A stretch of DNA of 64,000 nucleotides, from the IMG/VR virus record IMGVR_UViG_3300045256_000567; one strand, given 5' to 3'. Position 1 is the first letter of the stretch, and every line of letters begins with the position of its first letter. Source of the DNA: a virus. This document shows positions 10,670 through 20,131 of this stretch, in pieces. Both the position numbers and the translations under genes were made by a program. The notes below the pieces were generated by a model. The model was given only the letters and a program-made list of their open reading frames with translations, had not been told where the DNA came from and ran no database searches.

Positions 10670-12043
10670 GTGCTGCCTGAAAGTCAATCTACAAACCATA
10701 AGTCACAAATAAGTGCTAAAAAATATATAAATTGCTTTAGAATAAATTATTCTAATTTTGATAAAGAAAAGTTATATTTTCCTTTGCTTGAAAACAATTT
10801 TTTTCCAGAATCTGTAATTCTTCACAGCGAAGAAGAAGAAAATTCTGGAAGCATAATATTACCTACAAGAATTGCAGAAATGTCTGGTTTGACAAATTTA
10901 ATTACAGACAAAAAAGAAATATCTCCTAAATCTACACTATATTTTAATAATCCATTAAAAGAACTTTTTACTCCTACGGAATGGCAGAATAAAGCTATAG
11001 ATTATATAGTGTCTAAAAACGAAAGAAATGGAATTGTTAAAGCACCTACAGGGTCAGGAAAAACTATTTTCGCCTATTTTCTTTTAAATAGACTTAAAGT
11101 TCCTGCAATTATTGTTGTTGATAGAGATGTTCTAGTTGAACAATGGATTGATAGAGCTAAAGAAATATTTGAAAAAGTAAATATAGAAAAATTAAATTCA
11201 AAAAATATAGATCAACTAGAAAAAAATACCTCTGATTTTTTAGTAACAACTGTACAATTTCTTATTTCATTAATAAAAAAAGATTATCAAAAATATCTTA
11301 ATTTATTTGATAAATCAATTTATAATGCAATAATTTATGACGAGGCACATACAACTTCCGCTGCTAAGGCTTTTGCAAAAAGTGTATCACTGTTTCCTAA
11401 TTTTTATTATTTATTTGGACTTACCGCAACTCCAGAAATAAATAATTTTCCTATGCACAAATTTACTGTTGGTCCAGTGATTATAGACGCAGAGAGATTT
11501 GGTTATAGAAATGCTTTAAAAAATCTTCTACAAGTTAAAACCATAAAGAAAAATTATAACTTAAAATTTAGGACTTGGCCTGGAATACAGCAGTATGCTC
11601 TAGTTTCTAACTATCAAACAGTACTTGAAAAAAATGAAGATTTTAGAAGAGATTTAATTTCTCAAATTAAATTAAATTTAGATCAAAACAGAACAATATT
11701 AGTAGTGGTGTCTAGAATAGAGACAGTTAATTTTTTATCTAAAGTTTTTTCTTTTGCAAAAGTATTAACGTCAAAACAAAAATCTAGTATAGATAATACT
11801 ACCAAACTTATATTTGCGACCTATGGTACTGTTTCCAAAGGATTTGATTATAAAGCTTTAGATACTATCATATCAACATTGTTTGTTTACGGTAAGGTTT
11901 CTAGTATACAGCTTATAGGAAGAATTTTAAGACAAACGTCTAATAAAAAACTTCCTATGGCTATATTTATGTATGATGAGAAGATTGAAAAGATGTTAAA
12001 TATAAACCTTCAAAAAGAACTAGAAACAAAGCTAAAAAAGTGA
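10670..12043 (+). CDS. superfamily 2 DNA helicase (UvsW/XPB-like)
   Basis: APTGSGKT, DEAH, GLTATP, KGFD and QLIGRILR. Confidence 0.92.
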   Translation: MLPESQSTNHKSQISAKKYINCFRINYSNFDKEKLYFPLLENNFFPESVILHSEEEENSGSIILPTRIAEMSGLTNLITDKKEISPKSTLYFNNPLKELFTPTEWQNKAIDYIVSKNERNGIVKAPTGSGKTIFAYFLLNRLKVPAIIVVDRDVLVEQWIDRAKEIFEKVNIEKLNSKNIDQLEKNTSDFLVTTVQFLISLIKKDYQKYLNLFDKSIYNAIIYDEAHTTSAAKAFAKSVSLFPNFYYLFGLTATPEINNFPMHKFTVGPVIIDAERFGYRNALKNLLQVKTIKKNYNLKFRTWPGIQQYALVSNYQTVLEKNEDFRRDLISQIKLNLDQNRTILVVVSRIETVNFLSKVFSFAKVLTSKQKSSIDNTTKLIFATYGTVSKGFDYKALDTIISTLFVYGKVSSIQLIGRILRQTSNKKLPMAIFMYDEKIEKMLNINLQKELETKLKK

Positions 12044-12087
12044 TAAACCCTACGATTTATTATACTTAAATGTGCTATCTATTTTAT

Positions 12088-13560
12088 ATGGTAAGAACAC
12101 TAATAAGCTTTTTGGTGTTGGTTGGAGTATCGTTTGCGCAGAATTTTGCAAATTTTGATCCTCCACATTACATAAAAGAATTGGGATTAGAGAAGTGCGC
12201 CCCTACTAAAGATTTAATTGAATTAAGAAAATTAGAAAAATTTTATTTATCACAAACTAGGCAAATTTGGAACGAAACTTTTAGTACTTGGCCTAATGAT
12301 GTTGGCGAAGGAATGTGGAATAGCAGGATTTTATATGGAAAGCAATTTAAAATATATTTTAGAGACTATCAAAAAATAAATAACAAAATTTATTATAAAA
12401 CTGCACGAGGAGTAAAAGAGGTTTCAGAAAAAGATTTAGAAGATTTTTCGGATTTTATAGTTCAGTATTTAAAAGATGGAGTTGATAACCTTTATAAGGT
12501 TTATTCTAATTTCGTTCCAATTAAAGATTTTGAAAAATACAACAAAGAAATAAATGATTCACAATTAGGTACAGTAACTTTAAGAGATTTAATGTTTTTG
12601 CCATATATTCTTGACAAGTCTGATTTTGTACCAAATGAAATTTATATTACTCCAATGGAACCTTGGGGTATGGTATATCTATCTTTTTATAGAGGAGGAG
12701 TTTCTAGGGTTTTCTTAAACCCAGAGGCTATGTTTTATGATTGCCTATATGGAAAACCCACAGTAGTACAACATGAGTTGTCGCATAATCAAAATTCTCT
12801 GCAATGGTTGCCTTTAGGAAGTTACGTAGATTTCGAAATTATGGCTGAACTAGCTTCTGGAGTTTGGAACAGTGATTATTATTGGGAACTTTTACACCCT
12901 TATTTGCTTCCTTTAAATGATTTAATTCATGCGTTTTTTGGGTTTGATTATATGAATTCTGGAACAGTATTTGATTTTAAAGCAGAGCCAGCTGGTATTA
13001 GATGGACTAATGAAGCAAGAATTAAAGAATACCAGGAGCAGTGGGAAAAAATGAAAGAATATTTAACTGATTGGGTCAGAAAGTTCTTTACAGACTTTTA
13101 TGAAGACCCTCTTTTTGCTGTATCTACTAACATGAATTTATGTTGGGATAATGCATTTCTTTCTTTGAGCTTTTCAAGTCAGTTTGAGCTTGCGGGGTTA
13201 AGTGGTTTTGAGAATACACAAAAATGGTTGAGTGCAAACGAAAAACTAATTGAAGACACTTGGGAAAGAGCTAAACAGGACGTAGGTAATTCTATAGAGT
13301 CAGATAAAAAGCCCTCAGACAACTCCTTTCAATCGTTTAGAAATAGAAGAGATTTTTGTCCTCAACCATATACATTTACAGCTAATAAATCAAAAACATT
13401 ACAAGAATTAAACAAAGTTGTACAAGAAGATTATAAAACCTACGGCAAAGAAGTTGTTTTTAATAATATACTAAATGGAAAGTACGATGGTTTTTTGAAA
13501 AAAATAAAAGAAGAGGTTTTCAACGGACTAAAAGTTGATTCATATAAGGAGAGAAAGTAG
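12088..13560 (+). CDS. exported protein with HExxH motif (putative zinc metallopeptidase)
   Basis: Signal-peptide-like MVRTLISFLVLVGVSFA-Q; VVQHELSH followed by a downstream E (FEIMAE). Confidence 0.55.
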   Translation: MVRTLISFLVLVGVSFAQNFANFDPPHYIKELGLEKCAPTKDLIELRKLEKFYLSQTRQIWNETFSTWPNDVGEGMWNSRILYGKQFKIYFRDYQKINNKIYYKTARGVKEVSEKDLEDFSDFIVQYLKDGVDNLYKVYSNFVPIKDFEKYNKEINDSQLGTVTLRDLMFLPYILDKSDFVPNEIYITPMEPWGMVYLSFYRGGVSRVFLNPEAMFYDCLYGKPTVVQHELSHNQNSLQWLPLGSYVDFEIMAELASGVWNSDYYWELLHPYLLPLNDLIHAFFGFDYMNSGTVFDFKAEPAGIRWTNEARIKEYQEQWEKMKEYLTDWVRKFFTDFYEDPLFAVSTNMNLCWDNAFLSLSFSSQFELAGLSGFENTQKWLSANEKLIEDTWERAKQDVGNSIESDKKPSDNSFQSFRNRRDFCPQPYTFTANKSKTLQELNKVVQEDYKTYGKEVVFNNILNGKYDGFLKKIKEEVFNGLKVDSYKERK

Positions 13561-13562
13561 AA

Positions 13563-14897
13563 ATGTTAAAGAATATTTTTATAATCATTGGTTTGTTTTT
13601 GTTAACCAGTTGTGCCGTAACAATGCCCGGAGCTTTTTACTCTAATGCTCCATCTGATTGGACAGATGAACAAAAAATGGTAGCTTTTTACTATGCTTTA
13701 CAAAAATGGGGAACCAAAGAAACCGCAGATGGAAGAGTTATTAATAGAGAAGTACTTTCTGTTTATGATGTTTATGACACGATATTGAGACTAAATGAAG
13801 ATTTAAGTTTTGCATTAAAAGATAAGGGTTTTCTTAATTATGTAACATGGAAAGGGGCCTCCCCAGCGGTTCAAAGACTTAATGCTTCTCTGACGATACT
13901 TTCTAAATGTTTTACTGCCTATAAAATTCAATCTGATTTAATAAAAATATTTTCTATAGATAGAAAAACTACTACAGTAGAAAAAGAAGGGTATTCTACA
14001 AGATTGATTACTTTGTGCGACGGACTAAAAGATAAATTAAAATTAGATGAACCTTCTATAGAAAAAGCAAAAGAAGAAGGCCGCTTAATGCTTTCTAGAC
14101 TTTACAAAATTTCTTTAGCTACAGAATACGGAGAAAAAGAAATTGAAGTTAGAAATTACAAAGTACTTAATGATGTGTCCTTTGAAAGTGAAGAACAAAA
14201 ATTTAATTATTACTTTACTCCCAGTGATTATATAGAAATAGCATACGCCGAAGAACCAAATACTCCAATTGTTAGAGTGTATAAAACCAATAAAGAAACA
14301 AATCAAAGTTATGTAATTTCAAGTACAGATGAACCAGGAAGCTATGGGTTTGGGTTGCCTAGTAAATTAGAAAGTATTATAGTTGTTGACGGAATGGATT
14401 GGATCGCTGCAAACTTAAAAAACTTATTTAATACAAAAGTTGCGCAAATAGATGTATATAAAGATAAAAAGCCAATAGAAACACATATTGTAAGAGCTGG
14501 TGAAAAAATTCAAACATGGGAAGATGGAGAATTCACAGTTCCTTATGGTTATTCCTCTTCTAATTTCTTCGCCGATATAGAATCCGATAAAAACGCAACG
14601 GAACAAAGAAAAGATAATTTAACAGTAATGAAATTTTACAAAAAGATATATACGGACGTAAATGTACAAGAAATATTTGTACCAAAACCAGAATTTAAAG
14701 TTATTAAATCAGCCACATTGATTTCTGATAGGATACAGGTTGATTTGCCTTTAAAGCCATCAGTAACCGCAGATCCTGCTTATTTTGGAACTTTAACATA
14801 TGTAATATATAAAGAAGGTGCTGTTTCTTGGATGCTTTGGGATTCTAATGGAGACGGAAAGTTTGATAAAAGAAGAAAGGTAAATTGGGTTTGGTAG
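13563..14897 (+). CDS. putative lipoprotein
   Basis: Lipobox LLTSC after a hydrophobic leader; C-terminal DSNGDGKFD Ca-binding-like loop. Confidence 0.6.
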   Translation: MLKNIFIIIGLFLLTSCAVTMPGAFYSNAPSDWTDEQKMVAFYYALQKWGTKETADGRVINREVLSVYDVYDTILRLNEDLSFALKDKGFLNYVTWKGASPAVQRLNASLTILSKCFTAYKIQSDLIKIFSIDRKTTTVEKEGYSTRLITLCDGLKDKLKLDEPSIEKAKEEGRLMLSRLYKISLATEYGEKEIEVRNYKVLNDVSFESEEQKFNYYFTPSDYIEIAYAEEPNTPIVRVYKTNKETNQSYVISSTDEPGSYGFGLPSKLESIIVVDGMDWIAANLKNLFNTKVAQIDVYKDKKPIETHIVRAGEKIQTWEDGEFTVPYGYSSSNFFADIESDKNATEQRKDNLTVMKFYKKIYTDVNVQEIFVPKPEFKVIKSATLISDRIQVDLPLKPSVTADPAYFGTLTYVIYKEGAVSWMLWDSNGDGKFDKRRKVNWVW

Positions 14898-14901
14898 ATA
14901 C

Positions 14902-14948
14902 AAAAAAAGAAAAAGGAGAGATATTTTCTCTCCTTTTTTTGTTTTTTT
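14902..14948. terminator. bidirectional intrinsic terminator
   Basis: AAAAAGGAGAGA/TCTCTCCTTTTT hairpin with A and T tracts, between convergent genes. Confidence 0.8.
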
Positions 14949-14951
14949 CAA

Positions 14952-16127
14952 CTACTCAAATTCTACAAAAAACTTAGCTTTATTACCAAACTTTCTTTTC
15001 TGCTCTACTGATGTAGATTTTACAACAGCTTTTTTTCCTACTCTATCAGAGTATTTAAGGTTAAATTGACGGGCAAACTTTTGAGCTTCTTGTCTAATTT
15101 CAAAAATAGGCTCATTTTTAGAAACAGAATTATGAGCAGAAAGCATAGATTTTGTTAGTGCCATTGGGTTTTCCATATCTTCATGTTCCATAGATTCAGA
15201 AGTTGAAGTAGTTGCGGTTAAGGCTTTTTCTTCTTCAGGATTATTTTCTTCAGAAGTCATGGTTTCTGTTTCCATAGGTTCCATTCCCATATTTTCTTTT
15301 TCATTTTTATCATTATCTTGCATTTCGATGATAACAGCACCTTCTTCGACTGGTTCATTTTGAACCTTACCTTCTATTTTTTCTAAAAGACTTTTGTCCA
15401 TTTCTTCATCTTTATCAAGCATATCAACTATCGAATCCATTTCTTCTTTTGTTAAAGCTCCTAAGCTCATTTTAGCTTCCAGGTAACCATGAAGCATTGC
15501 TTTTTCATCTTTCATCAATTTCTTACCTTCACGAAGCTTTTCAAAAACTGAATTCATACCTTCAGAAGAATTTACAGATTTTTGTGTCATTATTGGGGTG
15601 TGTTTTATTTCTTCTTGAAGTTCGCCAGACTTGTAATCACAAGATTCTTTATTTGTAAGCTTACCATCCTTAACTGCTGAATAAGCACCTTCTGTATGCG
15701 CAACATTTTCTTTATTTTGTTCAGAAGTTTGGTTTTCTTTTGTTTCTTTTATTATTTTCTCTATAGAAAGTATTACGTTTCCATCTGTAGATACATCTAC
15801 AGCAGATTTACTAATTGCCACATAATTATATTCAGTATTTTGAAGCTTTGGGAAAAGAGATTTTAAAGTAGTGTGATCCCTCATTTGTTTTGGAACTCTA
15901 ACTATAACAAAATCATTTACGTTTCCGAATTCTAAAGTTAGATATGTTTTTAGTGCTTCTTTTGTACGAGAAAAATATAGCATACTTTTTAACCCCCGTT
16001 TATGAGCTTCTTTCACTGTTACTCCGTTTCTATTATAATACATTCCAGAGCAAATTGCTTTTGCTTTTTTTTCTGAAACTCCTTTTTTTAAGTAAGACTC
16101 TTTACAATGTTCATATTCCTTTGGCAT
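14952..16127 (-). CDS. acidic, Met-rich putative internal head/scaffold-like protein
   Basis: Low-complexity E/M-rich protein with repeated KS motifs; TAAAAT 7 nt before the ATG. Confidence 0.5.
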   Translation of the reverse strand: MPKEYEHCKESYLKKGVSEKKAKAICSGMYYNRNGVTVKEAHKRGLKSMLYFSRTKEALKTYLTLEFGNVNDFVIVRVPKQMRDHTTLKSLFPKLQNTEYNYVAISKSAVDVSTDGNVILSIEKIIKETKENQTSEQNKENVAHTEGAYSAVKDGKLTNKESCDYKSGELQEEIKHTPIMTQKSVNSSEGMNSVFEKLREGKKLMKDEKAMLHGYLEAKMSLGALTKEEMDSIVDMLDKDEEMDKSLLEKIEGKVQNEPVEEGAVIIEMQDNDKNEKENMGMEPMETETMTSEENNPEEEKALTATTSTSESMEHEDMENPMALTKSMLSAHNSVSKNEPIFEIRQEAQKFARQFNLKYSDRVGKKAVVKSTSVEQKRKFGNKAKFFVEFE

Positions 16128-16164
16128 ATTTAATATTTTAAATTAAATTAATGAAGATTTTAAT

Positions 16165-17652
16165 TTAATTCCAAGTTCCAGCGTTGTTCCCTAAATATAT
16201 TTCCATTAAATATTTATCAAAAAACTCTTTTTTAGCTTGCTTTCTTTGTGTTCCAGCGGGATAAACAGAGAAATCATTTCCTAAAACCGTAATAATGTTA
16301 TCATTATTTATTATATTTTCTACATTTTTTGGTTTTCCATATTCTCCTAAAACAGCATAGTTCTCATCCCAAACTCTAGCGATAATTTTATCTTCTATAT
16401 TTGAGTACATGTAAAAAGCTGGTAAATATATTTGTAAAGAATTATATGGTAATGGTAGATTTTGTGGAACATATTTTATTTCCCAATAATCTGCATCCCA
16501 TACTTCTCTAGTTTCAGGTACATGTTGAACCCATTTATATTTAAATACCCTTCCTGTAAATCTAGCGTTAGTTAAATTATTTTCAAATTCTGTTAGATAA
16601 TTTTGAAAAAGAGTAAACGCATCATTTGGAATTCCACTAGATTCACTAAAGCCAATTGGATAGAAAATATTTATTATTGGAGCGAAGTCAATCATTTTTA
16701 CAACATTTCCGGTAAACTCTAATTTTATATCACCAGAAACCACTTCAAAAGCTACTGCTTCTTGCAAAGAAGCAACATAAATATCAGATGCGTTTATATT
16801 TATTGTAGTAAATGTGATGCTATCTTTGTATATTTTTACAGTTGCGGTGTTTGTTGAAGATAAATTGGTAATATTATATCCTAATATTGTAAAAGGAAAT
16901 CCTAATTTATCTCCCGATGAAAGATTAAAAGAAAGTAAACTAATCTTCCTATTAAATTCACTTATCTGTGCCCATCCACCTACATATTCATCATTTAGCG
17001 GTCTATCTAAAGATTCCCAAAAATTTTTAATCCTTGCTTGTATTTCAGATATTTGACCTCCTGGAAGTGGTTTTAATACATCATTTTCATCTGAAGTAGG
17101 AAATATAGATGTTATAAAACTAGAAATTAGTGTATTGAATAAATCTGTTGAAAAATTACCATCAGTTGACGCTAATTTAGTTCCATTAAACCAGTAATCA
17201 ACTTCCAATAAAGACTCTGAATTATAGGGTCTGTTTACTGCAAGTGAATCCCCATATGCATACGTTTCGGTAAAAAATCCATCTGTGTTTAATGGATTGT
17301 ATAATACATAGTTATTATTTATATCTTGTATATAAAGGTTTGGAAATCTAGGAGCTAATAAATCATCGGAAGCAAAAGTAAATGTTTCAAATATAACATC
17401 ATATGTACCAGTACCAACATACTCAAATCTTATATAATTTGTGGATACAGAAAATTCTCCATAAGAAGAAGGATTAACAATTACCCAAGAATCTACAGTA
17501 CTTTCACTAAAATATACCTTTACTGGAACAGTACCTTTATTCATTACTCCAATGAAAAAAGATATATAATTTAATCTTAAAATATCAGATTTAGTAGTAA
17601 ATTCAAAAGTATGCAACTCCTCCACATAGTTTGGTAAATTTGAAGAATTCAT
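16165..17652 (-). CDS. putative virion structural protein
   Basis: 495 aa, beta-rich, strong GGAGG RBS, in an operon with the two upstream genes. Confidence 0.55.
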   Translation of the reverse strand: MNSSNLPNYVEELHTFEFTTKSDILRLNYISFFIGVMNKGTVPVKVYFSESTVDSWVIVNPSSYGEFSVSTNYIRFEYVGTGTYDVIFETFTFASDDLLAPRFPNLYIQDINNNYVLYNPLNTDGFFTETYAYGDSLAVNRPYNSESLLEVDYWFNGTKLASTDGNFSTDLFNTLISSFITSIFPTSDENDVLKPLPGGQISEIQARIKNFWESLDRPLNDEYVGGWAQISEFNRKISLLSFNLSSGDKLGFPFTILGYNITNLSSTNTATVKIYKDSITFTTININASDIYVASLQEAVAFEVVSGDIKLEFTGNVVKMIDFAPIINIFYPIGFSESSGIPNDAFTLFQNYLTEFENNLTNARFTGRVFKYKWVQHVPETREVWDADYWEIKYVPQNLPLPYNSLQIYLPAFYMYSNIEDKIIARVWDENYAVLGEYGKPKNVENIINNDNIITVLGNDFSVYPAGTQRKQAKKEFFDKYLMEIYLGNNAGTWN

Positions 17653-17704
17653 TATTTATTAACCTCCTTTAAATATTGTATATTTTTCTTCGGAAAAATA
17701 CACT

Positions 17705-18103
17705 TCAAATAAAAACATCTTCTCCTAATATTTTTACGCCATTTGGAGAAATAGAGCAATCTGAAATTTTATTTGGGTCTGGATATATAAGAATATTCTT
17801 AAGATAAATTATATCGTCCATATCAGATGTTATTTTTGCGGCGAAATAATATTTTTTAAGATTGAAGAATAAAACAAAAACATAAAAGTTTGGTTTTGGT
17901 GTTAATACATCATTTGCTATTAATTGAACTTCTGCGTTACCATAATTGTTTGTATGAACGGTCTGTACTGTAGTAGGCAAATAAATTCTTCTATTATCTT
18001 GCACAAAATATACATTTTGTGGGTATGGATATACTTCTACCCTAGCATTTTCAATAGGTCTTGGAAATAGACTAGATGTTTCTATTTTTACAATTTTTAA
18101 CAT
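17705..18103 (-). CDS. hypothetical protein, Ig/transthyretin-like fold possible
   Basis: PIENARVEV...TNNYGNAEVQL pattern. Confidence 0.5.
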   Translation of the reverse strand: MLKIVKIETSSLFPRPIENARVEVYPYPQNVYFVQDNRRIYLPTTVQTVHTNNYGNAEVQLIANDVLTPKPNFYVFVLFFNLKKYYFAAKITSDMDDIIYLKNILIYPDPNKISDCSISPNGVKILGEDVFI

Positions 18104-18744
18104 AGCCTATCTGTACTAGAGAATATTAATTCTGCTGCGTTTGTATTTGCAGGTATGTTAGAAACTTTTACTAATTTACTAAAATTTAATTCGGGAACAG
18201 AAGCTATATAATCGTAGGATCTATTTAAGTTTATTTCAAAATATCCACTAGAGTCGGTTATTGTTGAAGTAGTCATAGAACTATATGGAGAATTATCTGT
18301 ATAAGTAAGAGTATTTGCTACAGTAAAAGATAAAACTTTATCACTTAGCGGATTTCCTAAAGCATCATAAATATTTCCATAAATTTTTACTAACGAAGGA
18401 TTGACGAAATAATTTCCATAATGAATAAATTTGCTATCTTCTGAAATACCATCAGATATTTTTATATCTAATATAGATGGTTTTGGTAAAACAGACGAGG
18501 GAATTTCTACTATATAATAAAATTTTCCAACTTCAAAATCATTTAAAAATACACTATGTTGATATGTTGTGGAGTTTGGTGAAGAAGATGTACTCCATTT
18601 GTTTTGTATCAAATTAAAGTACACATATAAATTGTTTGTATAAATAAAAATAGTTAAAGTCAAATCATTAGTATTGTTTTTTCTAGCTAGAAAAGTTAAT
18701 TTTTCTCCAAATTTAAAATATTCTTTTATATATAGGTTGACCAT
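18097..18744 (-). CDS. hypothetical virion protein with carboxypeptidase-regulatory-like domain
   Basis: IYGNIYDALGNPL...TDSSGYFEINL. Confidence 0.55.
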   Translation of the reverse strand: MVNLYIKEYFKFGEKLTFLARKNNTNDLTLTIFIYTNNLYVYFNLIQNKWSTSSSPNSTTYQHSVFLNDFEVGKFYYIVEIPSSVLPKPSILDIKISDGISEDSKFIHYGNYFVNPSLVKIYGNIYDALGNPLSDKVLSFTVANTLTYTDNSPYSSMTTSTITDSSGYFEINLNRSYDYIASVPELNFSKLVKVSNIPANTNAAELIFSSTDRLC

Positions 18745-18751
18745 TTAATTT

Positions 18752-18778
18752 ATTATAGCACGTTTGCAGAAAACCTAC
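18752..18778 (-). promoter_or_regulatory. promoter motif copy, leaderless; overlaps the predicted TnpB guide
   Basis: GTAGGTTTTCTGCAAACGTGCTATAAT, 7 nt before ATG 18744. Confidence 0.75.
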
Positions 18779-18924
18779 GAGTGACGACTCCCAATTCTAA
18801 AGAATTGGGCTTCTCGCAAGAAGCGAAGGCTCCGTCCGAGCCTTAGCCAAGATATTTTGTGCCGCTGCAATATCCCGATGAAGGGTTGTATTGCATTTGG
18901 CGCAGGTATAGGTACGTATCCAAA
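18761..18924 (-). ncRNA. TnpB omega/reRNA (scaffold overlapping tnpB 3' end, plus guide at 18780-18761)
   Basis: Hairpin GGCTC-GGACG-GAGCC whose loop can pair with the terminal CGTC (pseudoknot), hairpin TCGC/GCGA, right-end hairpin CCCAATTCT/AGAATTGGG, end at TCAC. The 5' boundary is uncertain. Confidence 0.75.
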
Positions 18925-20080
18925 GTGGGTGTTTTTCTCTGTTACCACAAACAGGACAATCTTGGCTTGTGTATTTTGGGTCTACTTTTATTACTTGCCT
19001 ACCAGCTTCCTCCGCTTTGTAGGCAAGTATTGCTAGGAACTGTGCCCAACCTGCATCTAGGATACCTTTAGCTGTTCTAGTTTGAGCAAGTTGTTTTATA
19101 TCTAGGTCTTCGTGTACTATGGTTCCATATTTATTCACCAAGTCCTTTGCTACCTTGTGATGAAAATCCTTTCTTTGGTTTGCTATTTTTCGATGTACCT
19201 TGGCAACTAGTTTCTTAGCCTTGGTTCTTCTGTTGCTACCAGGTTTTCTTTTTGAAACTATTTGTTGTGCTTTGGCAAGCCTATCTTCAGACTTCTTGAA
19301 ATACCTAGGAGCAGGAACCATTTCACTGTCAGAGGTGGTTAGGAAGTTTGGGTTAGTACCAAGGTCTATTCCAACTGCATCTTGGTTTACAGGAAGTTTT
19401 TTTGGTTCTGTGATACAGGTGAAAATGACATACCATTCATCATTCTCCCTTTTTATAGAAGCTGTCTTTATTTGACCTTCAAGCGGTCTGTGAAACTTGC
19501 ATTTGATAGAACCAATCTTATGAACCAAAACTCTGTTTTTACCTTCTTGAATCTTGATTCCTGTTTTGCTTACTTGAGTAAAGGTGAAGCTGTCATACCT
19601 ATTTTCACCCTTGAATCTTGGGAAACCAGGTGTTTCACCTTTCTTTATACGCCTAAAAAAGCCTTGGTAGGCTTTATCTAACCTTTGTAGCACATCCTGA
19701 AGAACTTGACTATGTATATTCTTGTATTCTGGAAACTCTTCCTTTAGTTTAGGAAGTTGACTATTTTGCTCGTAACGGCTAATGGTCTTTTTGGAACTTT
19801 TGTACACGTCACGTCTTTTTTCCAAAGCAGTATTGTACAATTGACGACACAGAAACAAGGTTTTCTCTAAATCCTTGATCTGAGGCTTGGTTGGATACAG
19901 TCGGTACTTGAAAGACTTGATCATTGCTGACCTTTATTATACCATATTCAGGAATGTCACACTATTCAATCGCTTGTACATTATACCAAAAATTTATTAC
20001 CATTGTATTATGTGAGGGAGTCCATGTATCCCCGCTTTGAAAAGCGGGGAATTATAGCTCCCCCACACCCCCTCAATTTT
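18781..20080 (-). mobile_element. IS200/IS605-family (IS1341-type, tnpB only) element
   Basis: Right end GAAG-hairpin-GTCGTCAC at 18781, tnpB, and left-end-like hairpin TCCCCGCTTT/AAAGCGGGGA at 20029-20050. The left boundary lies between 20072 and 20080. No tnpA in the window. Confidence 0.8.
18797..19924 (-). CDS. tnpB: RNA-guided endonuclease TnpB
   Basis: KSFKYRLYPT N-terminus, GFPRFK, RuvC-I GIDLG, RuvC-II HEDL, Zn finger CPVC/CAKC, RuvC-III HRDIAAAQNI. Visibly more GC-rich than its neighbours. Confidence 0.96.
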   Translation of the reverse strand: MIKSFKYRLYPTKPQIKDLEKTLFLCRQLYNTALEKRRDVYKSSKKTISRYEQNSQLPKLKEEFPEYKNIHSQVLQDVLQRLDKAYQGFFRRIKKGETPGFPRFKGENRYDSFTFTQVSKTGIKIQEGKNRVLVHKIGSIKCKFHRPLEGQIKTASIKRENDEWYVIFTCITEPKKLPVNQDAVGIDLGTNPNFLTTSDSEMVPAPRYFKKSEDRLAKAQQIVSKRKPGSNRRTKAKKLVAKVHRKIANQRKDFHHKVAKDLVNKYGTIVHEDLDIKQLAQTRTAKGILDAGWAQFLAILAYKAEEAGRQVIKVDPKYTSQDCPVCGNREKHPLWIRTYTCAKCNTTLHRDIAAAQNILAKARTEPSLLARSPIL

Positions 20081-20098
20081 TTAAAGGTGTAGGGTTAC

Positions 20099-20131
20099 AA
20101 TTCCCAGTTCTTTAGAACTGGGAATCGTCAC
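20099..20131 (+). repeat. divergent copy of the IS605-type right end
   Basis: TTCCCAGTTCTTTAGAACTGGGAATCGTCAC versus GCCCAATTCTTTAGAATTGGGAGTCGTCAC, with a compensatory A-T to G-C stem change. Confidence 0.8.

Noticed and set aside
18859-19681. Plus-strand ORFs as a possible tnpA
   Set aside because: They are antisense shadows of tnpB with no HUH or catalytic Tyr motif.
18797-19924. Nuclease-dead TldR-type repressor or Cas12f CRISPR effector
   Set aside because: The D, E and D catalytic residues are all present, and there is no CRISPR array or cas gene in the window.
18781-20131. DDE-type terminal inverted repeats around tnpB
   Set aside because: Both are IS605-type right ends; nesting of two elements explains them, and no target-site duplication is visible.
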